From the NCBI GenBank assembly GCA_963747235.1, contig CAVVEU010000024.1, positions 448,001-512,000 of the forward strand: a stretch of DNA of 64,000 nt, read 5' to 3'. The notes under the pieces were generated by a model. The model was not told the origin of the DNA, did no database searches, and saw nothing but the letters and a program-made list of their open reading frames with translations. Of the stretch, positions 21,001 to 31,583 are shown one piece after another (the first letter of the stretch is position 1; each line of letters opens with the position of its first letter). The translations under genes were made by a program, and so were the position numbers. The DNA comes from an uncultured Candidatus Rokubacteria bacterium. GTDB lineage: Bacteria > Methylomirabilota > Methylomirabilia > Rokubacteriales > CSP1-6.

Positions 21001-21723
21001 GTGACGATAGCTCGGCCAGTGAGCATGTCGGTCGTCATCCCCGCGCGCAACGAGGAGGGCAATCTCAAGGCGTGTGTCGAGACGGTGATCGGGGCGCTGA
21101 CCGGGGTCATCGCCGACTACGAGATCATCATCGTGAACGACGGCAGCACCGATGGGACGGCCGCGCTCGCGGAGCGGATCGCCGCCGAGGTGGCGGGCGT
21201 GCGCGTCATTCACAATGTCCGGAGCGAGGGCTTCGCGGGAGCGTACCGTCGCGCCATGCAGGCGGCCACGAAGGCCTATGTCGCGATCGTCCCGGGCGAC
21301 AACGAGATGCGCCCGGACTCGGTCCGGACGATCTTCGAAGCGGTGGGCACCGCCGATATCATCGTCCCCGTCACCGCGAATCAGGAGGATCGTCCCCGGC
21401 TCCGGCGCGTGCTCTCCCGGACCTTCACCGGGAGCGTCAACCTGCTCTTCTCCCTCCGCTTCGGGTACTTTCAGGGGCCGTCGATCTACCCGACGGAGCT
21501 CGTCCGCAGCCTGCCCCGGCCGTCGTCGGGGTTCGTGTTCCTGACCGAGATGCTCGTGCGGTCGGTGTCGGCGGGGTACAAGGCGGTGCAGGTGCCCATG
21601 TTCATCCAGCCGCGCCGCTTCGGCGCCTCGAGCTCCCTGTCCTTCGCGAACGTCGTCGCGGCGCTCCGCACCGTCGGGCGACTGTTCTGGGAGATCAGAA
21701 TTCTCCGCCGGCCGCTGAGATAG
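21001..21723 (+). CDS. GT2 glycosyltransferase (DPM1-like)
   Basis: SVVIPARNEE, VNDGSTD, VPGDNE. Confidence 0.88.
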   Translation: MTIARPVSMSVVIPARNEEGNLKACVETVIGALTGVIADYEIIIVNDGSTDGTAALAERIAAEVAGVRVIHNVRSEGFAGAYRRAMQAATKAYVAIVPGDNEMRPDSVRTIFEAVGTADIIVPVTANQEDRPRLRRVLSRTFTGSVNLLFSLRFGYFQGPSIYPTELVRSLPRPSSGFVFLTEMLVRSVSAGYKAVQVPMFIQPRRFGASSSLSFANVVAALRTVGRLFWEIRILRRPLR

Positions 21724-21766
21724 CGCCGGTGGTGCCGCGGTGTGCTATCGTTCTACGACGATTGTC

Positions 21767-22804
21767 ATGATCGCGAAGAGTCGCGCGCACTCAGGAGGTT
21801 CCGGCCGCTCCGGCCGGAGGGCCTCTCGCCCCGCCGGTCCCGGCCTCCGGGATAGTACCCGCCTGCGGTTGCATTACGAGCTGCTCCGGATCCGCCGGAT
21901 CGAGGAAGCGCTGGCCGAGCTCTACAAGGAGCAGGAGATGCGCACGCCGGTGCACTTCTCCGTGGGTCAGGAGGCGGTGGCGGTCGGCGTCTGCGCGGCC
22001 TTGACCCCCCAGGATGTCGTGTACAGCGGGCACCGCTGCCACGCGCACTACCTCGCGAAGGGCGGCAACCTGGCGGGCCTGGTGGCGGAGCTCTATGGTC
22101 GTGAGACCGGGTGCGCCAAGGGACGCGGCGGATCCGTCCATCTCACCGACATGTCGGTCGGCATGGTGGCCTCGTCGGCTATCCTGGGCCAGACCATCCC
22201 GGTGGCGGTCGGCTCGGCGCTGGCATTCCAGATGGACGCGAGCCGGCGGGTCGCGGTCAGCTTCTTCGGCGACGGCGCGGCGGACGAGGGCGTCTTTCAC
22301 GAGAGCCTGAACTGGGCGTCGGTCGGAAAGCTGCCCGTCATCTTCATCTGCGAGAACAACCTGTACGCCACCCACTCGCCGCTCTCGGTGAGATTGCCCC
22401 GAGGCACCGAGATCTACCAGCGGGCCCGGGGATACAAGATGGCAGCGGAACGGGTCGATGGCAACGACGTGTGGGCCGTCTATCAGAGCGCGCGGCGCGC
22501 GGTGGCCCGCTGCCGCGAGGGGCGCGGTCCCGTCTTCCTCGAATGCCTGACGTATCGGTGGCTCGAGCACGTCGGGCCCCTGGACGACTCGGATCGAGGG
22601 TATCGCAGCCGGAAGGAGCTCGACGCCTGGAAGCGCCGCGACCCGGTGAAGCGGAGCGCGCGGGCGCTCAAGGGTCTCGGATTGTTGAGCGCCGCGACGA
22701 TCGCTCGGTTCGAGGCGGAGACGGAAGCGGAGCTGGCCAAGGCGGTGGCGCAGGCCCGACAGGCGCCGTGGCCGGACCCGCAAGATCTCTTCCGCAACGC
22801 ATGA
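21767..22804 (+). CDS. ThDP-dependent E1 alpha-like subunit, copy 1
   Basis: HFSVGQEA, HRCHAHYLAKG, GRGGSVH, GDGAADEG...CENN, TYRWLEHVG. Confidence 0.92.
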   Translation: MIAKSRAHSGGSGRSGRRASRPAGPGLRDSTRLRLHYELLRIRRIEEALAELYKEQEMRTPVHFSVGQEAVAVGVCAALTPQDVVYSGHRCHAHYLAKGGNLAGLVAELYGRETGCAKGRGGSVHLTDMSVGMVASSAILGQTIPVAVGSALAFQMDASRRVAVSFFGDGAADEGVFHESLNWASVGKLPVIFICENNLYATHSPLSVRLPRGTEIYQRARGYKMAAERVDGNDVWAVYQSARRAVARCREGRGPVFLECLTYRWLEHVGPLDDSDRGYRSRKELDAWKRRDPVKRSARALKGLGLLSAATIARFEAETEAELAKAVAQARQAPWPDPQDLFRNA

Positions 22805-23835
22805 GGACGCTGACGTACTGGCAGGCACTCGCGGAGGGCCTCGTGCAGGGGATGGAGCGAGACCCGAGCGTGTTCGTCTTCGGGATCGGCGTCGACGATC
22901 ACAAGGGAGTCTTCGGCACCACGCGGGCGGCCTTCGAGCGCTTCGGGGCCAAGCGGGTCTTCGACGTGCCGATCGCCGAGCAGGCGATGACCGGGATCGC
23001 GATCGGCGCGGCGGCCATGGGGAAGCGGCCCGTCCTGGTCCATCCGCGAAACGACTTCATGTTCCTGGCCGCGGACCAGATGATCAATCTGGCCGCCAAG
23101 TGGCGCTACATGTACGGCGGGGCGTCCGAGGTGCCGATCGTGGTGCGGGCCATCGTCGGCAAGGGCTGGGGGCAGGGGGCGACGCACTCGCAGAGTCTTC
23201 ACGCCACGTTCGGGCATTTCCCCGGCATGCAGGTGGTGATGCCGGCGCTGCCTCGGGACGCCAAGGGGCTCACGCTCGCGGCCTTGCAGGCTCGCGGCCC
23301 CGTCGTGATCCTCGAGCACCGCTCGCTCTACGAGACGAAGGGGCCGGTCCCCGAGGCGCCGGAGGTCACGCCGATCGGCTCCGCCGCGGTCGTGCGGGAC
23401 GGGCGGGACGTCACGGTGGTGGCCGCGTCGCTGATGGTGATCGAGGCGCTGGCCGCCGCGGAGATCCTGGCGCCGCTCGACGTGGACGTCGAGGTGGTCG
23501 ATTGCCGGAGCATCCGGCCGCTGGATCACCAGACGATCCTGGCCTCGCTGGCCAAGACGGGGCGGGTCGTCGTGGCCGACACGAGCTGGCTGCACTGCGG
23601 ACTGTCGGCGGAGGTGGCGGCGATCTGCGCCGAGCGCGGCTTCGCTTCCCTCAAGGCGCCGGTTCGTCGCGTGGGCCTCGCCGATTGCCCGGCCCCCGTG
23701 TCGGTCACCCTCGAGCGGGCGTTTTACCCGGATCGGACGACGATCGCGCGGGAGTGCCTGAGCGCCGTGGATCGCAGCCCCGCCGAGCTGGAAGCGCCCG
23801 CGGCGGTGGAGTCGTCCTTCAAGGGGCCCTACTGA
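22801..23835 (+). CDS. ThDP-dependent E1 beta-like subunit, copy 1
   Basis: FDVPIAEQ, DQMINLAAK, GWGQGATHSQ, LEHRSLY, RSIRPLD. Confidence 0.92.
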   Translation: MRTLTYWQALAEGLVQGMERDPSVFVFGIGVDDHKGVFGTTRAAFERFGAKRVFDVPIAEQAMTGIAIGAAAMGKRPVLVHPRNDFMFLAADQMINLAAKWRYMYGGASEVPIVVRAIVGKGWGQGATHSQSLHATFGHFPGMQVVMPALPRDAKGLTLAALQARGPVVILEHRSLYETKGPVPEAPEVTPIGSAAVVRDGRDVTVVAASLMVIEALAAAEILAPLDVDVEVVDCRSIRPLDHQTILASLAKTGRVVVADTSWLHCGLSAEVAAICAERGFASLKAPVRRVGLADCPAPVSVTLERAFYPDRTTIARECLSAVDRSPAELEAPAAVESSFKGPY

Positions 23836-24833
23836 TGAGCCGGATCCTCGTCACCGGCGGCGCGGGCTACGTGGGCTCGGTGCTCGTGCCGCGCCTGCTC
23901 GAAGCCGGCCACGCGGTGTCCGTTCTCGATCTGTTCCTCTTCGGAGACCATCTGCCCGCGGCGTCGCCCACGCTCGCCCGGATCAAGGGGGATATCCGGG
24001 ACCGGGCCCTCCTGGACCGGGCCCTTCCCGGGCACGACATCGTCATCCACCTGGCGTGCATCTCGAACGACCCGAGCTTCGCGCTCGATCCCGAGCTGAG
24101 CCGCTCCATCAACTTCGAGTGCTTCGAGCCGCTCGTGGTGGCGGCCCGGACCGCGGGAGTGCGCCGCTTCATCTACGCCTCGACCTCGAGCGTCTACGGG
24201 GTCAGCGACGCGCCGGAGGTCACCGAGGAGCATCCGCTCGTCCCGCTCACCGACTACAACAAGTACAAGGGCCTCTGCGAGCCGCTGCTCTTCAAGCATC
24301 AGGCGCCCGATTTCACCACCGTGACCATCCGCCCCGCGACCGTGTGCGGGTACTCGCCGCGCCTGCGGCTGGATCTCACCGTCAACATCCTGACCATGGC
24401 GGCGGTGGCGCGCGGCCGGATCACCGTGTTCGGGGGCAGCCAGAAGCGGCCCAACATCCACATCGACGACGTCTGCGACCTCTACCAGTCGCTGCTCGAC
24501 CTGCCCGCCGAGCTCATCGCGGGGAAGACCTACAACGCGGGCTACCAGAACCACACGGTCGCCGAGATCGCGGAGATCGTTCGATCCGTGGTGGCGCGGG
24601 AGGTTCCGGGTCGCGAGCGGATCGAGGTCGTGACCACTCCGTCGAACGACCTGCGCTCGTACCACATCTCCTCCGAGAAGATCCGCCGGGAGCTGGGCTT
24701 CGTGCCCAAGCGCACCATCGAGGACGCGGTCCGTGACCTGTGCCGCGCCTTCACGGACGGGCGGATCCCCGAGCCGATCGACGGGCTCCGCTACCACAAC
24801 GTCAAGGCGATCCAGGCGGCCGGGCTCCGGTAG
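23835..24833 (+). CDS. Extended SDR NDP-sugar epimerase/dehydratase
   Basis: TGGAGYVG, LACISNDPS, YNKYK, RPATVCGYSPRLRLDL. Confidence 0.9.
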   Translation: MSRILVTGGAGYVGSVLVPRLLEAGHAVSVLDLFLFGDHLPAASPTLARIKGDIRDRALLDRALPGHDIVIHLACISNDPSFALDPELSRSINFECFEPLVVAARTAGVRRFIYASTSSVYGVSDAPEVTEEHPLVPLTDYNKYKGLCEPLLFKHQAPDFTTVTIRPATVCGYSPRLRLDLTVNILTMAAVARGRITVFGGSQKRPNIHIDDVCDLYQSLLDLPAELIAGKTYNAGYQNHTVAEIAEIVRSVVAREVPGRERIEVVTTPSNDLRSYHISSEKIRRELGFVPKRTIEDAVRDLCRAFTDGRIPEPIDGLRYHNVKAIQAAGLR

Positions 24834-24834
24834 C

Positions 24835-25828
24835 GTGGCGCGACCCAAGAGCGCGGTGACCGGCGGCTGCGGCTTCATCGGCAGCCACGTGGTCGATCAC
24901 CTGGTGGCCGCGGGCCACGACGTGGTCGTGATCGACAACTTCAGCACCGGCCGGCCCGAGAATCTGGCTCACCACCGCGGCACCCCGCACGTGCGGGTGG
25001 TCCAGGCGGACGTGGCCGACACCGCGCGGGTGGCGCCCGAGCTCGCGGGCGTGCGGTGGATGTTCCACATCGCGGCGCTCGCCGACATCGTGCCGTCCAT
25101 CCAGCACCCGGAAGCCTACGTGCGGGCCAACGTGATGGGCACCCTCGGCGCCCTGGAGGCGGCGCGGGCGGTCGGAGTCGAGCGCTTCGTGTACTCCGCC
25201 TCCTCGTCCTGCTACGGCATCCCCGACGTCTATCCCACTCCCGAGACCGCGCCGTTCCGGACGGAGTATCCCTACGCGCTCAGCAAGGTGCTCGGCGAGG
25301 AGCTGACGCTGCACTGGGGCCGCGTCTACCGGCTGCCGGTCGTGTCGCTGCGCTACTTCAACGTCTACGGCCCACGGTCGCGGACGTCCGGCACCTACGG
25401 CGCGGTGTTCGGGGTGTTCCTGGCCCAGAAGCTCCACGGGCAGCCGTTCACGGTGGTCGGCGACGGGACCCAGACGCGGGACTTCGTGTTCGTCACCGAC
25501 GTGGCCCGGGCCAACCTCGCGGCCGCCGAGGCCGAGTGCACCGGGCGAGATCTTCAACGTGGGCACCGGCCGTCCCCAGAGCGTGAACCGGCTGGTGGAG
25601 CTGCTCGGCGGATCGGTGGTCCGCGTCCCGAAGCGCCCGGGCGAGCCGGACTCGACCCACGCGGACATCGCAAAGATCCGGCGTGTGCTCGGCTGGGAGC
25701 CCAAGGTGTCCTTCGAGGAAGGGGTCGCCACGATCCTGAAGCAGATCGACTACTGGCGCGAGGCGCCGGTCTGGACGGTGGAGTCGATTTCCGAGGCCAC
25801 CCGCGACTGGTTCCGGTATCTGGGATAG
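24835..25828 (+). CDS. Extended SDR NDP-sugar epimerase (frameshift ~25545)
   Basis: TGGCGFIGSH, AALADIVPSI, YALSK, FNVYGPR, GDGTQTRDF. Confidence 0.9.
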
Positions 25829-25834
25829 GCGGCC

Positions 25835-27367
25835 GTGTACCAGAAATTCGCGCACAAGATCAAGACTCGCGAGGAGCTCCGGGCGCTCATCGGCCCGCGA
25901 CCCCGGGTGCTCAAGGTCATCATGTGCCACGGGACCTTCGACATCGTCCATCCCGGGCACGTGCGCCACCTCATGTACGCGAAGGAGAAGGCCGACATCC
26001 TGATCGCGAGCGTGACCGCGGACGCGCACATCTCCAAGGGAGCCCACCGGCCCTACGTGCCCCAGGAGCTGCGCGCGGCAAATCTCGCCGCGTTCGAGTT
26101 CGTGGACCACGTCATCATCGATCAGAACGAGACGCCGATCGAGAACATCCGGGCGCTCGAGCCGGATTTTTTCGCGAAGGGTTTCGAGTACCAGAGCGAG
26201 CCCCTGCCCCCGAAGACCCGGGAGGAGGTCGGCGCGCTCGAGTCCTACGGGGGCGAGATGGTGTTCACGCCCGGGGACATCATCTATTCGTCGAGCGCGC
26301 TCATCACCGAGCACGAGCCCCAGCTCCGGGTGGACAAGCTCATCACCCTCCTGGCGTCGGAGAGCGTGACGGTCGACGATCTCCGGGCCACGCTGCACGA
26401 CCTCGGCCGCATCCGGGTGCACGTGGTGGGCGACACCATCGTGGACCGATACTCGCACTGCTCCCTTCTCGGCCAGAGCGCCAAGTCGCCCAGCTTCAGC
26501 GTGCGGCTCGAGCACGCCGACGCCTTCGTGGGCGGCGCGGCCGTGGTGGCGAAGCACGTGCGGAGCCTCGGCGCCCAGGTGACGCTGACCACCGTGCTGG
26601 GCCAGGACGAGTCGCGCCGCTTCGTGACCGACGACCTGGCCGCCGCCGGGGTGGGCGTGCGCGCGCTGGTGGATCCGAGTCGCCCCACCACCGTCAAGGA
26701 GCGCTTCATCGCGGATGGGCATCGCATGCTCCAGGTGGATCGGGTGGACAACCGCATCGTCTCCGACCGGGTGCGACGGGAGATCACCGAAGCCATCGCG
26801 GGTGAGCCCGCCGACGTGGTGATCTTCAGCGACTTCCGCCACGGCATCTTTCATCGCACGACGATCCCCGAGTACATCGCGGCAGTGCGCCCCGGCGTCC
26901 TGCGGGCCGCGGACAGCCAGGTGTCGAACCGGTGGGGCAATATCCTCGATTTCCACGGCTTCGACCTCATCACCCCCAACGAGCGGGAAGCCCGCTTCGC
27001 GCTGGCCGATCAGGATTCGGGGGTGCGGCCGCTTGCCCAGGCCCTCTTCCAGCGCGCGGGCTGCCGCTACCTGATCCTCAAGATGGGCGAGCGCGGCATC
27101 CTCACGTACCGGAGCCCGGGCCGGCTGCCGCGCGAGTTCTTCGTGGTGGACAGCTTCGTGGGGCGGCTCCTCGATCCGATCGGGGCCGGCGACGCCCTCC
27201 TGGCCCTGGCGACGCTCTCGCTCGTGCAGTCCGGCAGCATCGTGATCGCCAGCATCCTCGGGAGCCTGGCCGCGGCGACCGCGTGCGAGCGCGAAGGCAA
27301 CGTGCCGGTGCTGATCCCCGAAGTCGAGGACAAGCTCGACGCCCTCAAGCGCGCCGCCGGGTACTGA
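25835..27367 (+). CDS. Bifunctional nucleotidyltransferase / PfkB kinase (HldE-like, reversed domain order), copy 1
   Basis: N-terminal GTFDIVHPGH; C-terminal TPNEREA, DPIGAGDA. Confidence 0.9.
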   Translation: MYQKFAHKIKTREELRALIGPRPRVLKVIMCHGTFDIVHPGHVRHLMYAKEKADILIASVTADAHISKGAHRPYVPQELRAANLAAFEFVDHVIIDQNETPIENIRALEPDFFAKGFEYQSEPLPPKTREEVGALESYGGEMVFTPGDIIYSSSALITEHEPQLRVDKLITLLASESVTVDDLRATLHDLGRIRVHVVGDTIVDRYSHCSLLGQSAKSPSFSVRLEHADAFVGGAAVVAKHVRSLGAQVTLTTVLGQDESRRFVTDDLAAAGVGVRALVDPSRPTTVKERFIADGHRMLQVDRVDNRIVSDRVRREITEAIAGEPADVVIFSDFRHGIFHRTTIPEYIAAVRPGVLRAADSQVSNRWGNILDFHGFDLITPNEREARFALADQDSGVRPLAQALFQRAGCRYLILKMGERGILTYRSPGRLPREFFVVDSFVGRLLDPIGAGDALLALATLSLVQSGSIVIASILGSLAAATACEREGNVPVLIPEVEDKLDALKRAAGY

Positions 27368-27374
27368 GGGCGGC

Positions 27375-28304
27375 GTGCGGTACGTCGTCGTGGGCTACGG
27401 CAATATCGGCCGGCGCCGGGCGCGCCTGCTCGGCGCGCGATGCGTGGCCACCGTGGATCCGGTCGCGCCCGACGCGGCCCGCCGCGGCATGGACGATGTG
27501 CCTCCATCGAGCTATGACGCCGTCGTGCTCGCCGTCCCGAACGCGGCCAAGCTCGACTATCTGAGGCGCTTCCTGGCCGCGGGCAAGCCGGTGCTCGTGG
27601 AGAAGCCGGTCCTCTTCGCGGGCCGCGCCGAGGCCGATCAGCTCCAGCGGTCGGCCCGGACCGGCGCGGTCTGGTACACGTCCTATAACCACCGCTTCGA
27701 GCCGCTGATCGCGCGGCTCAAGCACATGCTGGATGAGGGTGCCGTCGGCAAGCTCGACCGGGTGCGGATGCTCTACGGCAACGGCACGGTGCGGGACTGG
27801 GTGGGCGGCTGGCGCGAGGCGGGCGGCGGCGTGCTCGAGGATCTCGGCTGCCACCTCCTGGATCTCTGCGGCTTCCTGCTCGGCCACGAGCACGAGGCCT
27901 ACCGGCTGTGGGAGCTGCGCTCGGTCGAGTCCGCCACCTGGGACCATGCGCTCTTCGCCTCCGCCGACCGTCGGGTCGTCTGCGAGGTGGGCAACGTGTT
28001 CTGGAAGAACTGCTTCCAGATCGACGTGTTCGGGAGCGCGGGCTCCGTGCACGTGGACGGGCTCGGCAAGTGGGGCGGGGGCACGCTCACGCGCCGGACC
28101 CGGGTGCTCCCGAGCGGCCCGCCGCCCGAGGTGAGCGAGGCCGGGCCGGCGGGCGACTCCACGTGGGAGGCCGATCTGGCCGAGTTCGAGCGCCGCGTCG
28201 CGGCCGGAGAGAGCTCGCTCGAGAACGACTGGCGCATCTCCGCGGCGCTGTCCGATCTGCTGGCGCAGGCTCCGGGGCTCGGCGGGCGCGGGCGGGACGC
28301 ATGA
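27375..28304 (+). CDS. Gfo/Idh/MocA oxidoreductase
   Basis: VGYGNIGRRR, LVEKPV, YNHRFEP, GGVLEDLGCH. Confidence 0.88.
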   Translation: MRYVVVGYGNIGRRRARLLGARCVATVDPVAPDAARRGMDDVPPSSYDAVVLAVPNAAKLDYLRRFLAAGKPVLVEKPVLFAGRAEADQLQRSARTGAVWYTSYNHRFEPLIARLKHMLDEGAVGKLDRVRMLYGNGTVRDWVGGWREAGGGVLEDLGCHLLDLCGFLLGHEHEAYRLWELRSVESATWDHALFASADRRVVCEVGNVFWKNCFQIDVFGSAGSVHVDGLGKWGGGTLTRRTRVLPSGPPPEVSEAGPAGDSTWEADLAEFERRVAAGESSLENDWRISAALSDLLAQAPGLGGRGRDA

Positions 28305-29572
28305 CGGCGGCGATCGGCGTCGTGGGGCTGTCCCATCTCGGCACGGTGGTGAGCGCCGGGCTGGCTTCGCTGGGCCTGCCGGTGACCGCGGTCGACCGGG
28401 CCGATCGAGTGGCCGACTTCGCGCCGGGGCGGCTGCCGTTTCCCGAGCCGGGGCTCGCCGAGCTCCTGGCCGGCCCGCGGCCCACGTTCACCGCGGACTA
28501 CGCGGCCCTCGCGGGCGCCTCGCTGGTCATTCTCGCGGTGGACACGATGACCGACGACCGGAATCGCTCGGACGTCTCCGTGCTGGAGGCGCACGTCGAG
28601 GGTCTGCTGCCGTGGCTCCGCCGGGACGCGGTGGTGGTACTGATGAGCCAGGTGCCGGTGGGCTACACCCGCGCGCTGGCCGCCCGCGTCCGTGCCCACC
28701 GCCCCGAGCTGGCCGCGCGCGTCTACTACTGGGTGGAGACCCTCGTGATCGGCGACGCGGTGGCGCGCTACCTGAGACCCGAGCGCATCATCCTGGGGGG
28801 CGTCGCGGGCCAGCCGGAGCCCGCGCTGGACGCGCTGCTCGAGCGCTTCGGCTGTCCGGTGCACCGGATGGACTACGAGAGCGCCGAGCTCTGCAAGGCC
28901 GCGATCAACCTGTACCTCGCGACCTCGGTGACGTTCGCCAATGCCCTGGCGGACCTGTGCGAGGCCACCGGCGCCAGCATGCGCGCCATCATCCCGGCCC
29001 TCCGCGCCGACCGCCGCATCGGGCCCGCCGCGTACATCCGGCCGGGACTCGGGCTGGCCGGGGGTAATCTGGAGCGCGACCTCGTCCACCTCAAGGAGCT
29101 GGCCGAGCGGACCGGGGTGCGGGCAGATCTCTTCGACGTCATCCTGGAGCGGAGCGCGGCCCGCTACGGCTGGCTGCTCGCCGCGATCGAGCGGTGGATC
29201 CTCAAGGCGGCGCCACGGCCGCGGCTGGCCCTCTGGGGCCTCGCCTACAAGAAGAACACGGACTCCACGAAGAACGCGGTCAGCCTTCGGCTGGCGGCCG
29301 ATCTGCGCTCACGGGCGCTCCTGGTCGCGTATGATCCGCGGGTGACGGCTTCCATTCCCGGCGTCGAGCGGGTGGCCTCTGCGCTCGACGCCGCCCGGGG
29401 CGCAGACGGCCTGGTGATCCTGACCGACTGGGACGAGTTCGCCTCGGCCGATCCGGCGCTGCTGCGCGCGGCCCTCGGCCGGCCCGTGGTGGTGGACGCG
29501 GCGGGGGTGCTCGACCCTGGGCGCGCCCGGGCCGCGGGGCTGACCCACGTCGCCATCGGGGAGCCGGCGTGA
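28301..29572 (+). CDS. UDP-glucose/GDP-mannose dehydrogenase-family protein lacking the catalytic Cys
   Basis: PFPEPGL, SAELCKAAIN, GLAGGNLERD, WGLAYKKNT, LTDWDEF. Confidence 0.85.
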   Translation: MTAAIGVVGLSHLGTVVSAGLASLGLPVTAVDRADRVADFAPGRLPFPEPGLAELLAGPRPTFTADYAALAGASLVILAVDTMTDDRNRSDVSVLEAHVEGLLPWLRRDAVVVLMSQVPVGYTRALAARVRAHRPELAARVYYWVETLVIGDAVARYLRPERIILGGVAGQPEPALDALLERFGCPVHRMDYESAELCKAAINLYLATSVTFANALADLCEATGASMRAIIPALRADRRIGPAAYIRPGLGLAGGNLERDLVHLKELAERTGVRADLFDVILERSAARYGWLLAAIERWILKAAPRPRLALWGLAYKKNTDSTKNAVSLRLAADLRSRALLVAYDPRVTASIPGVERVASALDAARGADGLVILTDWDEFASADPALLRAALGRPVVVDAAGVLDPGRARAAGLTHVAIGEPA

Positions 29573-30442
29573 CGGCGCCGGGCGAGGAGCGCCGGCGTAT
29601 CCTGATCGCGGGGGCCAGCGCGGGTATCGGGGCGGCGCTGGTGCGCGCCCTCGCGGCCGACGGGCACGAGGTCTTCGCGTGCGCGCGCCGGGCGGACGCG
29701 CTCCGGGCCGTGACCGACCGCGACACGCTCGCCCGCTCGCGGGTCTGCGACGTCGGGGACGAGGAGCAGGTGCGGGCGCTCTACGCCTGGGTCGTCGGCG
29801 ACCGCGCCGGCGCTGGACGGCCTGATCGTCGCGGCGGGCGCCTTCGGGGCCATCGGCGCCTTCGAGCAGACCGAGAGCGCGCTCTGGTGGGGGACGCTTC
29901 GCGCCAACGTGTTCGGGCTCTACGCGCTCGCCAAGCACGGGCTCCCGCTGCTCGAGCGGGGGACCCGGCCCCGGATCATCACCTTCTCGGGGGGCGGCGC
30001 TTTCGGCACGTTTCCGCGCTACAGCGCATATGCTACGTCCAAGGCCGCGGTGGTCCGGCTGACCGAGTGCCTGGCCGACGAGCTGCGCCCGCGGGGGATC
30101 GCGGTCAACGCGGTCGCGCCGGGGATGGTGGCGACCGAGATCCACAAGGCCACGCTCGAGGCGGGGCCGGATCGGGCCGGCGTCGAGCACTTCGAGCGGA
30201 CGCGGGCCGTCGTGAGCGCGGGAAGCGTGCCCATGGAGGTGCCGGTGGATTGTGTGCGGTTCCTGCTGTCGCGCGACGCCGACGGTCTCACCGGCAAGAC
30301 CGTCGCGGCCAATTTCGACCCGTGGCGCGGCGCCGGGTTCCGCGCCCACATCGCGGACATCACGGCCTCCGATGTGTACACGATGCGGCGCATCAATCCG
30401 GGGCACCTGCCTGACGGCCCGCTGAAGGAGCGTCTGTCGTGA
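29569..30442 (+). CDS. Classical SDR oxidoreductase (frameshift ~29810)
   Basis: AGASAGIG, FSGGGA, YATSK, VNAVAPG. Confidence 0.88.
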
Positions 30443-31053
30443 GCAACGGGGCATACATCGACCGGTTCCTGCAGGGGGTGGAGGAGATCGTGCGGAAGAT
30501 CTCCCGCCCCGACGTGGATCGCGCCATCGAGGTCCTGTACGCGGCCTGGCGCGACGGGCGCACCGTCTTCACCGCCGGCAATGGAGGGTCGGCCGGCACC
30601 GCGACCCATTTCGCGGCGGACCTGTGCAAGATGACCGCGATGCCGGGCCGGCCGCGCCTGCGGGCGCTGAGCCTGGTCGACAATATCCCGCTGGTGAGCG
30701 CGCTGGTGAACGACGACGGCTGGGACAACGTGTATACCGAGCAGCTCGAAACCCACTACCGGCCCGGCGACGTCCTCATCACGATCAGCGTGCACGGAGG
30801 CCGCGGCGCGGACCGGGCGGGCGTCTGGTCGCAGAATCTCATGAAGGCCATCGACTACGTCAAGCGCCGCGGCGGCACCACCATCGGCCTCGCCGGGTTC
30901 GACGGGGGCGCGATGCGGGAAGTGTGCGACGTGTGCGTGGTGGTGCCCTACGACACGACGCCCCACGTGGAGGGGTTCCACGTCGTCCTGCATCACCTGA
31001 TGGCGTTCTGCCTGGCCGAGCGGATCGCGGGCGGCGCCCCGATGAGGCGATGA
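30439..31053 (+). CDS. gmhA: SIS-domain phosphosugar isomerase (GmhA-like), copy 1
   Basis: GNGGSAGTATHFAADL, ALVNDDG, LAGFDGG, HVEGFH. Confidence 0.88.
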   Translation: MSNGAYIDRFLQGVEEIVRKISRPDVDRAIEVLYAAWRDGRTVFTAGNGGSAGTATHFAADLCKMTAMPGRPRLRALSLVDNIPLVSALVNDDGWDNVYTEQLETHYRPGDVLITISVHGGRGADRAGVWSQNLMKAIDYVKRRGGTTIGLAGFDGGAMREVCDVCVVVPYDTTPHVEGFHVVLHHLMAFCLAERIAGGAPMRR

Positions 31054-31583
31054 AGCGCGCGGTCTTCCTGGACCGGGACGGGGTGCTCAACCCGATGGTG
31101 GAGCGGAACGGTCGCTGGGGCGCCCCGCTGACCGCGGACGCGTTCGCCCTCTACCCGTGGACGGCCGAGTCGGTGACCCGCCTGAAGGCGGCCGGGCTTC
31201 TCTGCCTGGTCGCCACCAACCAGCCCGAGATCGCCACCGGGGAGCTGGACGTGGAGGCGCTGGAGGCCATGCACCGGCGTCTGGTCCGGGAAGCCGCGAT
31301 CGACGGCGTCTACGTGTGCCCGCACCGCGACGCCGACGGCTGCGCCTGTCGCAAGCCGCGGCCGGGCCTGCTCGAGCAGGCGGCCCGGGAGTGGGGAGTC
31401 GAGCTCGGCCGGTCCTTCCTGGTCGGCGACCGCTGGCGGGATATCGAGGCGGCCCACGCCGCCGGCTGCACCGCGATCCTGGTGGACGGTCCCGAGCCGG
31501 GGCGCGCCCGGCCGGACCACCGCGCCCGGGACCTGCGCGAAGCGACGACGACGATCCTCACCCTGATGGAGGGGTCATCATGA
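31050..31583 (+). CDS. gmhB: HAD-IIIA sugar bisphosphate phosphatase (GmhB-like)
   Basis: FLDRDGVLN, TNQP, CPH...CACRKPRPG, VGDRWRDI. Confidence 0.92.
   Translation: MKRAVFLDRDGVLNPMVERNGRWGAPLTADAFALYPWTAESVTRLKAAGLLCLVATNQPEIATGELDVEALEAMHRRLVREAAIDGVYVCPHRDADGCACRKPRPGLLEQAAREWGVELGRSFLVGDRWRDIEAAHAAGCTAILVDGPEPGRARPDHRARDLREATTTILTLMEGSS

Noticed and set aside
21767-23835. Housekeeping pyruvate dehydrogenase
   Set aside because: No E2/E3 genes, duplicated, and embedded among NDP-sugar genes
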